Shown piece after piece: positions 10,067 to 19,404 of a stretch of DNA of 64,000 bases. Position 1 is the first letter of the stretch; the number at the start of each line of letters is the position of its first letter. The translations under genes and the position numbers were made by a program. This stretch comes from Eubacteriales bacterium (lineage in GTDB: Bacteria > Bacillota > Clostridia > Oscillospirales > CAG-382), in assembly GCA_045536935.1 (NCBI GenBank), contig JAZSOO010000027.1:41418-105417 (forward strand), given 5' to 3'. The notes below the pieces were generated by a model. That model did not search any database. It worked only from the letters and a program-made list of their open reading frames with translations, and was not told the origin of the DNA.

Positions 10067-11113
10067 ATGGCGACAAAAGACAGTAAGAAAATAGCTCTTG
10101 AAACAGCGCTTGCACAGATAGAAAAACAATGCGGCAAAGGCTCTATAATGAGACTTGGCGAAAACGGCGGTATGGAGATTAAAAGTGTCTCGACAGGGTC
10201 GCTGTCTCTTGACGTTGCGTTGGGTATCGGCGGTGTTCCGAAGGGAAGAATCATAGAGATCTACGGTCCTGAATCTTCGGGTAAAACGACCCTTGCTCTT
10301 CATGTGATTGCAGAAGTTCAAAAAACGGGCGGAGAAGCCGCTTTTATTGATGCTGAACATGCTCTCGATCCTGTTTATGCAAGAGCTTTGGGTGTCGATA
10401 CGGATTCGCTGCTCGTTTCACAGCCCGACTATGGTGAACAAGCTCTTGAAATCACCGAAGCTCTTGTTCGTTCCGGTGCTGTCGAGGTCGTCGTTGTAGA
10501 CTCGGTTGCGGCACTTGTTCCCAAGAATGAAATTGACGGCGATATGGGTGATTCTCACGTTGGTTTGCATGCAAGACTTATGTCCCAAGCGCTAAGAAAG
10601 CTTTCCGGTGCTATCGCAAAATCCAGCTGTATAGTAATTTTTATCAACCAGCTTCGTGAAAAGGTCGGCGTAATTTACGGCAATCCCGAAACAACAACAG
10701 GCGGACGTGCATTGAAGTTCTATGCATCCGTCAGACTTGACGTTCGTAAATCCGAACAGCTTAAGAACGGAACCGAAATCATCGGCAACCACGTTAAATG
10801 TAAGGTTGTTAAGAATAAAGTTGCTCCTCCTTTCCGCACTGCCGAATTTGATATTATATACGGAAAAGGAATTTCCAAAGAAAGCGAAATTATAGAGCTT
10901 GGAATTAACTGCGGTGTCATTGATAAGAGCGGTTCTTGGCTTTCTTACAACGGAGAAAAACTCGGTCAAGGTAAAGACAAGGTTAGAATGCTCCTTGAAG
11001 AAAACAAAGAGCTTGCCGAAGAGCTTTCTGCAAAGATCCTTGCACACTACACTAATCTCGGCGGTGATGCGCCTCAAACAGCAAGTGTAGACGATCTTTT
11101 CAGCGAAGAATAA
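10067..11113 (+). CDS. recA: recombinase A
   Basis: 348 aa with Walker [10 protein letters not shown], the IDAEHALD motif and canonical RecA sequence throughout. Confidence 0.98.
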   Translation: MATKDSKKIALETALAQIEKQCGKGSIMRLGENGGMEIKSVSTGSLSLDVALGIGGVPKGRIIEIYGPESSGKTTLALHVIAEVQKTGGEAAFIDAEHALDPVYARALGVDTDSLLVSQPDYGEQALEITEALVRSGAVEVVVVDSVAALVPKNEIDGDMGDSHVGLHARLMSQALRKLSGAIAKSSCIVIFINQLREKVGVIYGNPETTTGGRALKFYASVRLDVRKSEQLKNGTEIIGNHVKCKVVKNKVAPPFRTAEFDIIYGKGISKESEIIELGINCGVIDKSGSWLSYNGEKLGQGKDKVRMLLEENKELAEELSAKILAHYTNLGGDAPQTASVDDLFSEE

Positions 11114-11116
11114 TTC

Positions 11117-11746
11117 ATGTATAAGATAGACGTTCTTCGCCGTGACGAAAACAGTAACGAGGTTTTGGTTATTTGTTGCGGCGAAAAATACAGAATAACT
11201 GTGCACGATCTCGAAGTTCTTGGCTTCGAAGACGGCGATTCTATTGACGAAAACGGAATCGAGCAGTTGGTTGAAGCAGGAGAAAGGCTGTCTTGTATAA
11301 AGAAGGCGTTTGATTTTCTGTCGTACGGGGATCTTTCCGAAAAGCAGCTGAGAGATAAATTGTCGAAAAAATTCGATAAATCTTTGGCTCAGGACGTTGC
11401 TGCGCTTTTTGTCGAAAGAGGGTACGTTAACGATCTTGATCTTGCACGAAGATATGCGGAAACGTTTTACGAATTTAAAAATATGGGGTTATCCCGTATC
11501 AGAAATGAACTTTTCCGCAGAGGAATATCCAAAGAAAATATCGAAGATGCATTAAGCAAATATGAGTATGAGGATCAATCGGAACGTATAAAAGCGTTTA
11601 TAACAAAGAAATACGATTTGTCCCGAATGAATGATATTAAATATCGCCAAAAGGTATATGCAGGTGCGATCCGAGCGGGATTTTCGGGCTTGGACGTAGG
11701 CGATATTATCAGAAATTTTGAAAGTGAGTTTGATTATGCCGATTAA
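11117..11746 (+). CDS. recX: RecA regulator RecX
   Basis: 209 aa starting 3 nt after recA. Repeated helical RecX-type segments (YGDLSEKQLRDKL, RGYVNDLDLARRYAE, GLSRIRNELFRRGI). Confidence 0.8.
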   Translation: MYKIDVLRRDENSNEVLVICCGEKYRITVHDLEVLGFEDGDSIDENGIEQLVEAGERLSCIKKAFDFLSYGDLSEKQLRDKLSKKFDKSLAQDVAALFVERGYVNDLDLARRYAETFYEFKNMGLSRIRNELFRRGISKENIEDALSKYEYEDQSERIKAFITKKYDLSRMNDIKYRQKVYAGAIRAGFSGLDVGDIIRNFESEFDYAD

Positions 11747-13061
11747 AGTGGGTTTTGTTTCTCTTGGATGCCCTAAAAATTTAATTAATACAGAAGTTAT
11801 GCTTTCCTTGCTTGTTAATGACGGTATGGAAATCGTTGCGGAAGACATTGAAGCAGACGTTATCGTTATTAACACTTGCGCCTTTATCGAGAGTGCCAAA
11901 AACGAGGCTATTGATAATATACTTGATATTGCATGGCTTAAAAAGAACCGTTCTTTAAAAGGCATAGTGGTTACGGGTTGTTTGCCCCAGCGTTATAAAG
12001 AAGAATTCTTAAAAGAGCTTCCCGAGGTCAACTGTATTCTCGGTACCGGTTCTGTCGAGGATATATGCGAAGCTGTTAAAGTCGCATATAAAGGCGGCAC
12101 GTACAGCAGCTTTAAAAATGTTGACGAAGCTCCTTTGGGCGGAGAACGTGTTATAACAACTCCCGAGCATTTTGCATACGTGCAAATTGCGGAGGGTTGC
12201 GACAACCGTTGTACCTATTGCGTTATCCCCGACATTAGAGGTAAATTCCGCAGCCGCAGTATGAACGATATTCTTGAAGAAGTCGAAAATCTTGCTTCTA
12301 TCGGCATCAAAGAAATTTGTCTTGTTGCTCAGGATACAACACGATACGGCGAAGATTTGTACGGTACTTATGCTTTGGATAGCCTGATTTCCGCTATTTC
12401 CGAAATTGACGGAATTGAATGGATAAGAGTCCTTTATTGCTATCCCGACAGAATTACCGACGGTTTGATAAACGAATTTAAAAACAACAAAAAACTTCTT
12501 AAGTATATTGATATGCCTATTCAGCATATCAACGATGAAATATTGAAGAATATGAATCGCAGGGACACTACCGAAAGCATTAAGAACGTTATTTCCAAGC
12601 TTCGTTCCGAAGTACCCGATATGGTTATAAGAAGTACGGTCATCGTTGGTTTTCCCGGCGAAACCGCAAAGCATTTTAATGAATTGCGTTCATTCTTAAA
12701 GGAAACTAAATTTGAACGTCTCGGTGTTTTTGAATATTCCAGAGAAGAAGGTACTCCTGCATACGATATGCCAAAGCAGGTTTCTGCCGATACGAAGAAA
12801 AAACGCTTGGATGCAATTATGAGTGACCAAAATCGTATTCATAATGATTTCAATGAGAGATTTGTGGATACTGAACTTAAAGTAATTTGCGAAGGATACG
12901 ACACCGTTTCCGAATGTTTCTACGGCCGTTCCTATGCAGATGCTCCTGATATTGACGGAAAAGTATATTTTACTGCACCTAAACGAATCCGTGAGGGTGA
13001 GTTTGTTGATGTTAAGATAACAGAAGTTCTTGATTACGATCTTTTTGGAAAAGTATGCTGA
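11736..13061 (+). CDS. rimO: ribosomal protein S12 methylthiotransferase
   Basis: MPIKVGFVSLGCPKN (UPF0004 domain), radical-SAM EGCDNRCTYC and a C-terminal TRAM domain. I prefer ATG 11736 to the upstream tracked start. Confidence 0.9.
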   Translation: MPIKVGFVSLGCPKNLINTEVMLSLLVNDGMEIVAEDIEADVIVINTCAFIESAKNEAIDNILDIAWLKKNRSLKGIVVTGCLPQRYKEEFLKELPEVNCILGTGSVEDICEAVKVAYKGGTYSSFKNVDEAPLGGERVITTPEHFAYVQIAEGCDNRCTYCVIPDIRGKFRSRSMNDILEEVENLASIGIKEICLVAQDTTRYGEDLYGTYALDSLISAISEIDGIEWIRVLYCYPDRITDGLINEFKNNKKLLKYIDMPIQHINDEILKNMNRRDTTESIKNVISKLRSEVPDMVIRSTVIVGFPGETAKHFNELRSFLKETKFERLGVFEYSREEGTPAYDMPKQVSADTKKKRLDAIMSDQNRIHNDFNERFVDTELKVICEGYDTVSECFYGRSYADAPDIDGKVYFTAPKRIREGEFVDVKITEVLDYDLFGKVC

Positions 13062-13082
13062 TTTTGATTCAAGAGGTGTTTT

Positions 13083-13700
13083 ATGAATCTTCCGAACAAA
13101 TTGACGTTAGGTAGGATAATCGTCATACCCTTCTTTGTGTTTTTTCTTGCCTACAATCTTTTTGAAAATCCCAACATAAGTCGTACGATATCTGCGTCAC
13201 TCTTTCTTTTGGCATCGTTTACAGATTTTCTTGATGGATATCTTGCGAGATCACGTAATTTGGTGACCGATTTCGGTAAGTTTATGGATCCTTTGGCAGA
13301 TAAGTTTCTTATCTTGGGCGCAATGTTTGCAATAATTTTCTCGGACTATATCTTTGATTATAGTGCGGTTGGTTTTCAAACGTATGTATCTGTTGAAATA
13401 ATAAAACACTTGTTTTTCTGGACGGCTATCGTAGTTGTTTTCCGTGAATTGGCGGTTACGTCAATGCGTTTGGTCGTTTCAAAATCAAGCGGTGCCGTAA
13501 TTGCGGCGAGTTATTTAGGCAAGATAAAAACGGTTACCCAGATAGTGGGTGTTTCCGCTGTAATGCTTGAACCCGTCATTTTCCCGTTTTTTGGAGGATG
13601 GTTGACGCTCGTTTCTACGGCAGTCATGCTTTTCTTTACGATTCTTTCCGGTGTTAACTACATAAAGACGTACTGGAAGTTTATCAATACGAACAAATAG
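13083..13700 (+). CDS. pgsA: CDP-diacylglycerol--glycerol-3-phosphate 3-phosphatidyltransferase
   Basis: CDP-alcohol phosphatidyltransferase motif DFLDGYLAR...G.FMDPLADK in a multi-TM protein. Confidence 0.85.
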   Translation: MNLPNKLTLGRIIVIPFFVFFLAYNLFENPNISRTISASLFLLASFTDFLDGYLARSRNLVTDFGKFMDPLADKFLILGAMFAIIFSDYIFDYSAVGFQTYVSVEIIKHLFFWTAIVVVFRELAVTSMRLVVSKSSGAVIAASYLGKIKTVTQIVGVSAVMLEPVIFPFFGGWLTLVSTAVMLFFTILSGVNYIKTYWKFINTNK

Positions 13701-13709
13701 GGTGAATTT

Positions 13710-15101
13710 ATGAAATTATTTAATACACTTACAAGACAAAAAGAAGAATTTGTAGTTCGAAACGGCGAAGTGAAAATGTACGTTTGCGGACCTACGGTAT
13801 ATAACTATTTCCATATCGGCAATGCACGTTGCTTCGTGGTTTTTGATATGTTAAGACGTTATCTTGAATATCGTGGAAATAAGGTTACCTTTGTACAGAA
13901 CTTTACCGACGTTGACGACAAGCTTATACGTGCTGCAAAAGAAACTAATACCACCGTTCCCGAAATAGCTGAAAAGTATATTAATGAATATTTTAAGGAT
14001 GCCCGTGGACTCGGTGTTAATGATGCAACGATTCATCCTCGTGCTACGGAAAATATTGATAAAATAATCGAAATCGTTGAAAAATTGATTGAGAACGGTC
14101 ATGCATACGTTTCGGGTAACGACGTATATTTCGATTCTCAAAGCGACAGCGAATACGGAAAGCTTTCTCGTCACAATATGGATGAGCTTGAAGCAGGTGC
14201 CAGGATCGACGTTAACGAAATAAAAAAGCACCCCTTCGATTTTGCACTTTGGAAAGGTAAAAAAGAAGAGGGCGAAATTTCTTGGCAATCTCCTTGGGGT
14301 GAAGGACGTCCCGGTTGGCATATTGAATGTTCGGCTATGGTAAACAGATATCTCGGAACCGATATTGATATTCACGGCGGCGGTGTTGACCTCATTTTCC
14401 CTCATCACGAGAATGAAATTGCTCAAAGTGAATGTGCGACGGGTTGCACGTTGGCAAGATTCTGGTTGCACAACGGTCATATAAACGTTGATAACAAAAA
14501 AATGAGCAAATCTGCAGGTAACTTTTTCCTTGTTCGTGATGCTGCAGGAAAGTTCGGATACAAGGCTGTAAGATTTTTCCTTTTGGCTTCTCATTACAGA
14601 AGTCCTATCAATTATACAAACGATACGCTTGAGCAGGCTCTTGCGGCTGTTGAACGTATTAATAACTGCTTGAATAATATTGATTTCGTTGCTAAAAACG
14701 CTTCGGGCGAGCTTACTGACCGTGAAAAAGAAAGTATAGAATTTCTTAATTCGAAAAAATCAAGCTTCATTGAAGCTATGGATGATGACCTTAACACCGC
14801 TGATGCTATCGGTTTCCTTTTTGAAATGACAAGAGATATTAACGTTGTTCTTTCGAACGGTGCTTCGAAAGCCTATATTGATGCAGTTGAGGAAATATAT
14901 GTTCCTTTGTGCGAACTTTTGGGCTTTGGCAGGGAAGAAGATGACGTTGATACGGCATATATTGAAGAGATGATTCAAAAACGTGCCGATGCGAAGAAAG
15001 CGAAGAATTATGCCGAAGCCGATGCTATCCGTAATCAATTGCGTGAACAGGGAATTATACTTGAAGATACTCCTCAGGGTGTTAAATGGAAAAAAGCTTA
15101 G
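13710..15101 (+). CDS. cysS: cysteine--tRNA ligase
   Basis: 463 aa with HIGN (HIGH motif), KMSKS and zinc ligands typical of CysRS. Confidence 0.97.
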   Translation: MKLFNTLTRQKEEFVVRNGEVKMYVCGPTVYNYFHIGNARCFVVFDMLRRYLEYRGNKVTFVQNFTDVDDKLIRAAKETNTTVPEIAEKYINEYFKDARGLGVNDATIHPRATENIDKIIEIVEKLIENGHAYVSGNDVYFDSQSDSEYGKLSRHNMDELEAGARIDVNEIKKHPFDFALWKGKKEEGEISWQSPWGEGRPGWHIECSAMVNRYLGTDIDIHGGGVDLIFPHHENEIAQSECATGCTLARFWLHNGHINVDNKKMSKSAGNFFLVRDAAGKFGYKAVRFFLLASHYRSPINYTNDTLEQALAAVERINNCLNNIDFVAKNASGELTDREKESIEFLNSKKSSFIEAMDDDLNTADAIGFLFEMTRDINVVLSNGASKAYIDAVEEIYVPLCELLGFGREEDDVDTAYIEEMIQKRADAKKAKNYAEADAIRNQLREQGIILEDTPQGVKWKKA

Positions 15102-15490
15102 AATTTATAAAGCGTAATTACAGTCCGTTGATTTTAGCATATCTCGGTGATTCATATTATGAAACGTTAGCGAGAGAATATGTCGTGTCCGACGGCGATT
15201 GCTTGGTTTCCAAAACCAATGAACGTATTAAAAGGTTTATAACGGCGGTATCACAAAGCAAAATTGTCGATATTCTGCTCCCTTTGCTTGATGATACGGA
15301 AACATGGTTTTACAAATCCGGAAGAAACGCAAGGAATACTCACCATTCCCGCAGTGCCGAGGCGGTGGAATATCGCAGAGCAACGGGTCTTGAATGCTTG
15401 TATGGATATTTCTATTTGTCAGGCAATCAGCAACGGGCGAAAGAACTCTTTTTAATAGCCGCAAAGCAACAAGAACAAGAAGAGGTTTAG
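15086..15490 (+). CDS. mrnC: mini-ribonuclease III
   Basis: 134 aa with LAYLGDSYYE (RNase III signature variant of Mini-III). Lies in the classical position directly after cysS and overlaps its end. Confidence 0.8.
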   Translation: MEKSLEFIKRNYSPLILAYLGDSYYETLAREYVVSDGDCLVSKTNERIKRFITAVSQSKIVDILLPLLDDTETWFYKSGRNARNTHHSRSAEAVEYRRATGLECLYGYFYLSGNQQRAKELFLIAAKQQEQEEV

Positions 15491-15493
15491 AAT

Positions 15494-16102
15494 ATGGTTA
15501 ATCTTACCGAAAAGGAAAAGGAAGTATACAAATTCATATCAGAATGTCTTGAAAAGAACGGCTATGCTCCCTCTGTAAGAGACGTTTGTGCCGCGGTTGG
15601 TATGAAATCAACTTCTTCCGTGCATGAATATATACGTCGTCTTGAGGCAAAGGGATATATAAAAAAATCTTCCGGTAAAAGCCGTGCATTGACTATAGAA
15701 GGCGGAGTGCAAAGTGAGTCCGCAAAAATGAAGAAAGTGCCGATTTTGGGAAGGGTAACTGCAGGTCAACCTATTTTAGCTGTCGAGAATTATGACGGTT
15801 ACGTTGACTTTCCTGCGACTATGGCAAAAGGCAAGGCTAATCTTTTTGCTCTGCGTGTTATGGGTGAAAGTATGATAGAAGCAGGTATTCTTGACGGAGA
15901 TATCGTTGTTGTTGAAAGCAAACAATATGCGGACAACGGTGAAATCGTTGTTGCTATGATCGATGACGAAGCAACCGTAAAACGCTTTTTCAGGGATAAC
16001 GGAAGAATACGTTTACAGCCTGCGAATCACACTATGGAACCGATATACAGCAAAGAAGTTACGGTTCTCGGTAAAGTTATTGCGAATTTTAGATTCTATT
16101 GA
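15494..16102 (+). CDS. lexA: LexA repressor
   Basis: 202 aa. N-terminal winged HTH, cleavage site VAGQP, and catalytic GESM ... ATVKRF Ser/Lys dyad. Confidence 0.95.
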   Translation: MVNLTEKEKEVYKFISECLEKNGYAPSVRDVCAAVGMKSTSSVHEYIRRLEAKGYIKKSSGKSRALTIEGGVQSESAKMKKVPILGRVTAGQPILAVENYDGYVDFPATMAKGKANLFALRVMGESMIEAGILDGDIVVVESKQYADNGEIVVAMIDDEATVKRFFRDNGRIRLQPANHTMEPIYSKEVTVLGKVIANFRFY

Positions 16103-16186
16103 TTTTATAATTATAGTCTGATTTCCGTGGAAATAATAATGCACAAATTTATTAGAGAAAAAGTTCATATTTTTTCTCTTTTGCTA

Positions 16187-16216
16187 TTGACATAGGGGTT
16201 AAGTTTGTGGTATGCT
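16187..16216 (+). promoter_or_regulatory. promoter of tRNA-Lys
   Basis: TTGACA (16187-16192), 18-nt spacer ending in TGg, then TATGCT (16211-16216), ~19 nt upstream of the tRNA 5' end. Confidence 0.5.
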
Positions 16217-16234
16217 ATTCAGGCGGTTGCAGAC

Positions 16235-16310
16235 GATCCATTAGCTCAGCCGGTAGAGCACATGACTTTTAATCATGGTGTCCGGAGTTCGATTCTCCGA
16301 TGGATCACCA
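16235..16310 (+). tRNA. tRNA-Lys (anticodon UUU)
   Basis: Acceptor GATCCAT/ATGGATC, D arm GCTC-AGCCGGTA-GAGC, anticodon stem CATGA/TCATG with loop CT-TTT-AA, TPsiC GGAGTTCGATTCTCC, encoded CCA. Confidence 0.92.
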
Positions 16311-16312
16311 GA

Positions 16313-16345
16313 AGCCGAACACTTCAAAAGAGTGTTCGGCTTTTT
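16313..16345 (+). terminator. rho-independent terminator after tRNA-Lys
   Basis: AGCCGAACACT-tcaaaag-AGTGTTCGGCT followed by TTTT. Confidence 0.8.
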
Positions 16346-16363
16346 CAATAAGTGAGGTTAATT

Positions 16364-16855
16364 ATGAATACATCAAAAATTATCAACGCTCAGATTACAA
16401 TGGAAAACGGCTCGGAGATCAAGCTTGAATTATATCCCGAGGTTGCACCCATTACTGTTGAAAACTTTGTCAAATTAGCAAATGAAGGTTTTTACGACGG
16501 TTTGATTTTTCACAGAGTAATCTCCGGATTTATGATTCAGGGCGGAGACCCTAACGGCACAGGTACAGGCGGTCCCGGATATTCCATAAAGGGTGAATTT
16601 GCAATTAACGGTGTGAAGAACGATCTTTCTCATAAGAGGGGTGTTATTTCTATGGCACGTTCTATGGGATATGATACGGCAGGAAGCCAGTTCTTCATTT
16701 GCCATGCAGACAGCACCTTCCTCGACGGACAGTATGCCGCTTTCGGTAAGGTTACGGAAGGCATCGAAGTTGTTGATGCTATTGCTTCCGTTGCTACCGA
16801 TTTTAGAGATATGCCGTACGAACCTCAGGTAATGAAAACCGTTAAGATTGTTTAA
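16364..16855 (+). CDS. ppiB: peptidyl-prolyl cis-trans isomerase (cyclophilin type)
   Basis: FHRVISGFMIQGGDP, SMAR...GSQFFI. Start moved to ATG 16364 behind a GAGG RBS. Confidence 0.9.
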   Translation: MNTSKIINAQITMENGSEIKLELYPEVAPITVENFVKLANEGFYDGLIFHRVISGFMIQGGDPNGTGTGGPGYSIKGEFAINGVKNDLSHKRGVISMARSMGYDTAGSQFFICHADSTFLDGQYAAFGKVTEGIEVVDAIASVATDFRDMPYEPQVMKTVKIV

Positions 16856-16879
16856 TACTTCAAATATAGGGTAACTATT

Positions 16880-18529
16880 ATGTTAGAAAAGTTTTTGCCG
16901 AGAATCGATTTTGATTCTTATGAAGATTTCAAAGCTAATTATAAAGTAAATATCCCTGACGGCTTCAATTTTGCCTATGATGTTGTTGATGCTTGGGCAG
17001 AGCAGGATGCAGAAAAGCCTGCTTTGTTGTATTGCAACGATTTTGGCGAACGCCGTATGTATACCTTTGCGGAGCTTAAGAATCTTTCTAACAGCGCCGC
17101 TAATTTCTTTATTTCCAAAGGAATAAAGAAGGGTGACAGAGTCATGCTTATGCTCAAGCAGAGAGTTGAAGCATGGATATGTATTTTAGCTCTTTGTAAG
17201 ATCGGAGCTGTTTGCATTCCCGCAACCTTCCAGTTGACTGAAAAAGATATCGTATATCGTTGCAACGCCGCAAAAGTTAAAATTATTGTTGCTGTTGACG
17301 ATTCTCATATTATCTCTGCGATCAATAGCTCTGTTTCACAATGTGAAACTCTTGAACATATCGCCATTGTAGGCGAAAATATTCCTGACGGATATATTGA
17401 TTTCAGAAAGGAATATGTTGAATTCAGTTCTGAACTTGAACGTATACCTAATAAATATACCGATCCGATGCTTTTGTATTTTTCTTCGGGTACTACGGGT
17501 ATGCCCAAGATGATATTACATAATTTTGCATATCCTATCGGTCATATTCTTACTGCAAAATATTGGCAACGTGTTGAAGAAGGAAAGCTTCATCTTACTA
17601 TGTCCGATTCCGGTTGGGCTAAATTTGCATGGGGTAAGATCTACGGTCAATGGATCTGCGGTGCCGTTATAGTTGCTTACGATAACGAGAAATTCGATGC
17701 AACAAATACCTTGGAACTCATCCAAGAAATTAAATTAACCACGTTCTGTGCACCTCCCACGATCTTTAGATTCCTCATTAAAGAAGATATTGCAAAATAT
17801 GATTTTTCTTCCATAAAGCATTGCTGTATTGCAGGCGAACCTTTGAATCCCGAAGTCTTTAATAAGTTCAAAGAACTCACCGGATTGACTTTAACGGAAG
17901 GTTTTGGTCAAACCGAAACACCCGTAATTCTTGCTAACTTTGAAGGTATTCCGATCAAACCCGGTTCTACCGGTAAACCTTCTCCCGATTTTGACGTTGA
18001 TATCGTGGATGAAAACGGCAACAGCTGTGAAGACGGTATTGTCGGTTCAATTGTAATTAAGAATCTTTCAAAGCATTATCCCGCCGGTCTTTTCCAGGGT
18101 TATCAGGAAGATGATGCGGCTAACGCAAGAGCATTTGTTAATGATTGCTATAACACCGGTGATACCGCATGGCGTGATGCTGACGGATATTATTGGTTTG
18201 TCGGCAGAAACGACGACGTTATTAAATGTTCGGGATATAGAATCGGTCCGTTTGAAGTTGAAAGTGCTTTGATGACCCATCCGTCTGTTCTTGAATGTGC
18301 AGTAACGGCAGCACCCGATCCCGTCAGAGGTCAGGTCGTAAAGGCAACGATCGTTCTTGCAAAGAATTACGTTGCAAGCGATGAACTCAAAAAGGAAATC
18401 CAAAATCACGTTAAAAAGGTGACCGCACCTTATAAATATCCCAGAATTGTAGAATTTGTAACAGAGCTTCCCAAGACCATAAGCGGCAAGATAAAACGCT
18501 CTACTATCAGAAAAAGCGATGATAATTGA
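16880..18529 (+). CDS. AMP-forming acyl-CoA synthetase (medium-chain / acetyl-CoA synthetase-like)
   Basis: 549 aa with AMP-binding motif YFSSGTTGMPKM, YNTGD, and C-terminal PKTISGKIKR. Confidence 0.85.
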   Translation: MLEKFLPRIDFDSYEDFKANYKVNIPDGFNFAYDVVDAWAEQDAEKPALLYCNDFGERRMYTFAELKNLSNSAANFFISKGIKKGDRVMLMLKQRVEAWICILALCKIGAVCIPATFQLTEKDIVYRCNAAKVKIIVAVDDSHIISAINSSVSQCETLEHIAIVGENIPDGYIDFRKEYVEFSSELERIPNKYTDPMLLYFSSGTTGMPKMILHNFAYPIGHILTAKYWQRVEEGKLHLTMSDSGWAKFAWGKIYGQWICGAVIVAYDNEKFDATNTLELIQEIKLTTFCAPPTIFRFLIKEDIAKYDFSSIKHCCIAGEPLNPEVFNKFKELTGLTLTEGFGQTETPVILANFEGIPIKPGSTGKPSPDFDVDIVDENGNSCEDGIVGSIVIKNLSKHYPAGLFQGYQEDDAANARAFVNDCYNTGDTAWRDADGYYWFVGRNDDVIKCSGYRIGPFEVESALMTHPSVLECAVTAAPDPVRGQVVKATIVLAKNYVASDELKKEIQNHVKKVTAPYKYPRIVEFVTELPKTISGKIKRSTIRKSDDN

Positions 18530-18932
18530 TAGAATCTATTCTAAATCGGCAATCATAATTAAGGTTATATTTGCCTTGATGTTAGCGCCGATGTACGTTT
18601 TGTTTTCATCGTTTATGAATATCGAAGACGGATTTTTGTATATAATACTTTCGGTAGTGCCGATAGCGTGTTTATATACATTGCCTTTTTGGGTGTCACT
18701 CGTATATATAAGAAAATATCCGTCGCCGTCGATAGGAAAATACATTCTTTTCGATTCTGTTTCCTGTCTTATTCCTGCTTTCTTTGGAATACTGATCACC
18801 GAGATTATAATAACCGTCATAAATGGAAAAACTCTTGCAGACGGAATAACAACGCTCATTTTCACGGCGATTTTCGCTATGATTTCGCTGATTTTTTGGC
18901 TGCTTTATTTTATATTTTCAAAAATGAGATAA
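18519..18932 (+). CDS. hypothetical integral membrane protein
   Basis: 137 aa with four hydrophobic helices. Overlaps the synthetase stop by 11 nt. No recognisable family. Confidence 0.5.
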   Translation: MIIDRIYSKSAIIIKVIFALMLAPMYVLFSSFMNIEDGFLYIILSVVPIACLYTLPFWVSLVYIRKYPSPSIGKYILFDSVSCLIPAFFGILITEIIITVINGKTLADGITTLIFTAIFAMISLIFWLLYFIFSKMR

Positions 18933-18935
18933 AAC

Positions 18936-19011
18936 CGCCCTTAGCTCAGCCGGATAGAGCAACGGATTCCGATTCCGTAGGCCGGGGGTTCAAATCCCTT
19001 AGGGCGGGCCA
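18936..19011 (+). tRNA. tRNA-Arg (anticodon CCG)
   Basis: Acceptor CCGCCCT/AGGGCGG, D arm GCTC-AGCCGGATA-GAGC, anticodon stem ACGGA/TCCGT with loop TT-CCG-AT, TPsiC GGGGGTTCAAATCCCTT, encoded CCA. Confidence 0.85.
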
Positions 19012-19013
19012 AC

Positions 19014-19054
19014 AAAGAAGGAACTTTTGTCTACCAAAAGTTCCTTCTTTGTTT
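19014..19054 (+). terminator. rho-independent terminator after tRNA-Arg
   Basis: Perfect 16-bp stem AAAGAAGGAACTTTTG / CAAAAGTTCCTTCTTT with a 5-nt loop, followed by GTTT. Confidence 0.8.
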
Positions 19055-19056
19055 AT

Positions 19057-19246
19057 CCAAGCCGCAGGCTTGGTATATCATCACGCGTCAGCGTGTATAT
19101 CATCGCCGTAGGCGCATATCATCAGCCGAAGGCTGTATTCTCTGCGGCTTGATGAGATACAACACTTCGTGTTGATGACATACCGCAACAAGTTGCGGAT
19201 GATATACAAGGCTTCGCCTTGATTTGTTTACGATAGGATGATATAA
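19057..19246. repeat. mini-hairpin array A: ~21-22-nt modules (TATATCATC box + GC-rich hairpin), four forward and four to five inverted
   Basis: Boxes TATATCATC at 19074 and 19096, CATATCATC at 19115. Inverted boxes GATGAGATA at 19151, GATGACATA at 19174, GATGATATA at 19198 and 19237. They alternate with hairpins at 19057-73, 19082-95, 19104-14, 19124-34, 19161-73, 19183-98 and 19208-20. Confidence 0.75.
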
Positions 19247-19404
19247 TAAACTGACCGATAAATATGAATTTGACTATTCATCGCTCAGCGCGTTGCAATA
19301 GATATATAACGGAAAGGATGATTGTTTATGAGAAAAAATATGAGCGGTGTCTGGAGGATGCACAAAAACTAATCCTCCAATACAATTTAACGGAGGTCAC
19401 AAAG

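Noticed and set aside
18668-19111. 147-aa ORF running through tRNA-Arg and its terminator into array A
   Set aside because: It reads straight across a well-formed tRNA gene and a 16-bp terminator stem in a different frame from the real membrane-protein gene, so it is not credible as coding.
19264-19404. N-terminal 47 codons of the tracked GNAT ORF
   Set aside because: ATG 19264 has no RBS and the extension has no GNAT homology. ATG 19405 has a GGAGG RBS 8 nt upstream and gives a normal-size GNAT.
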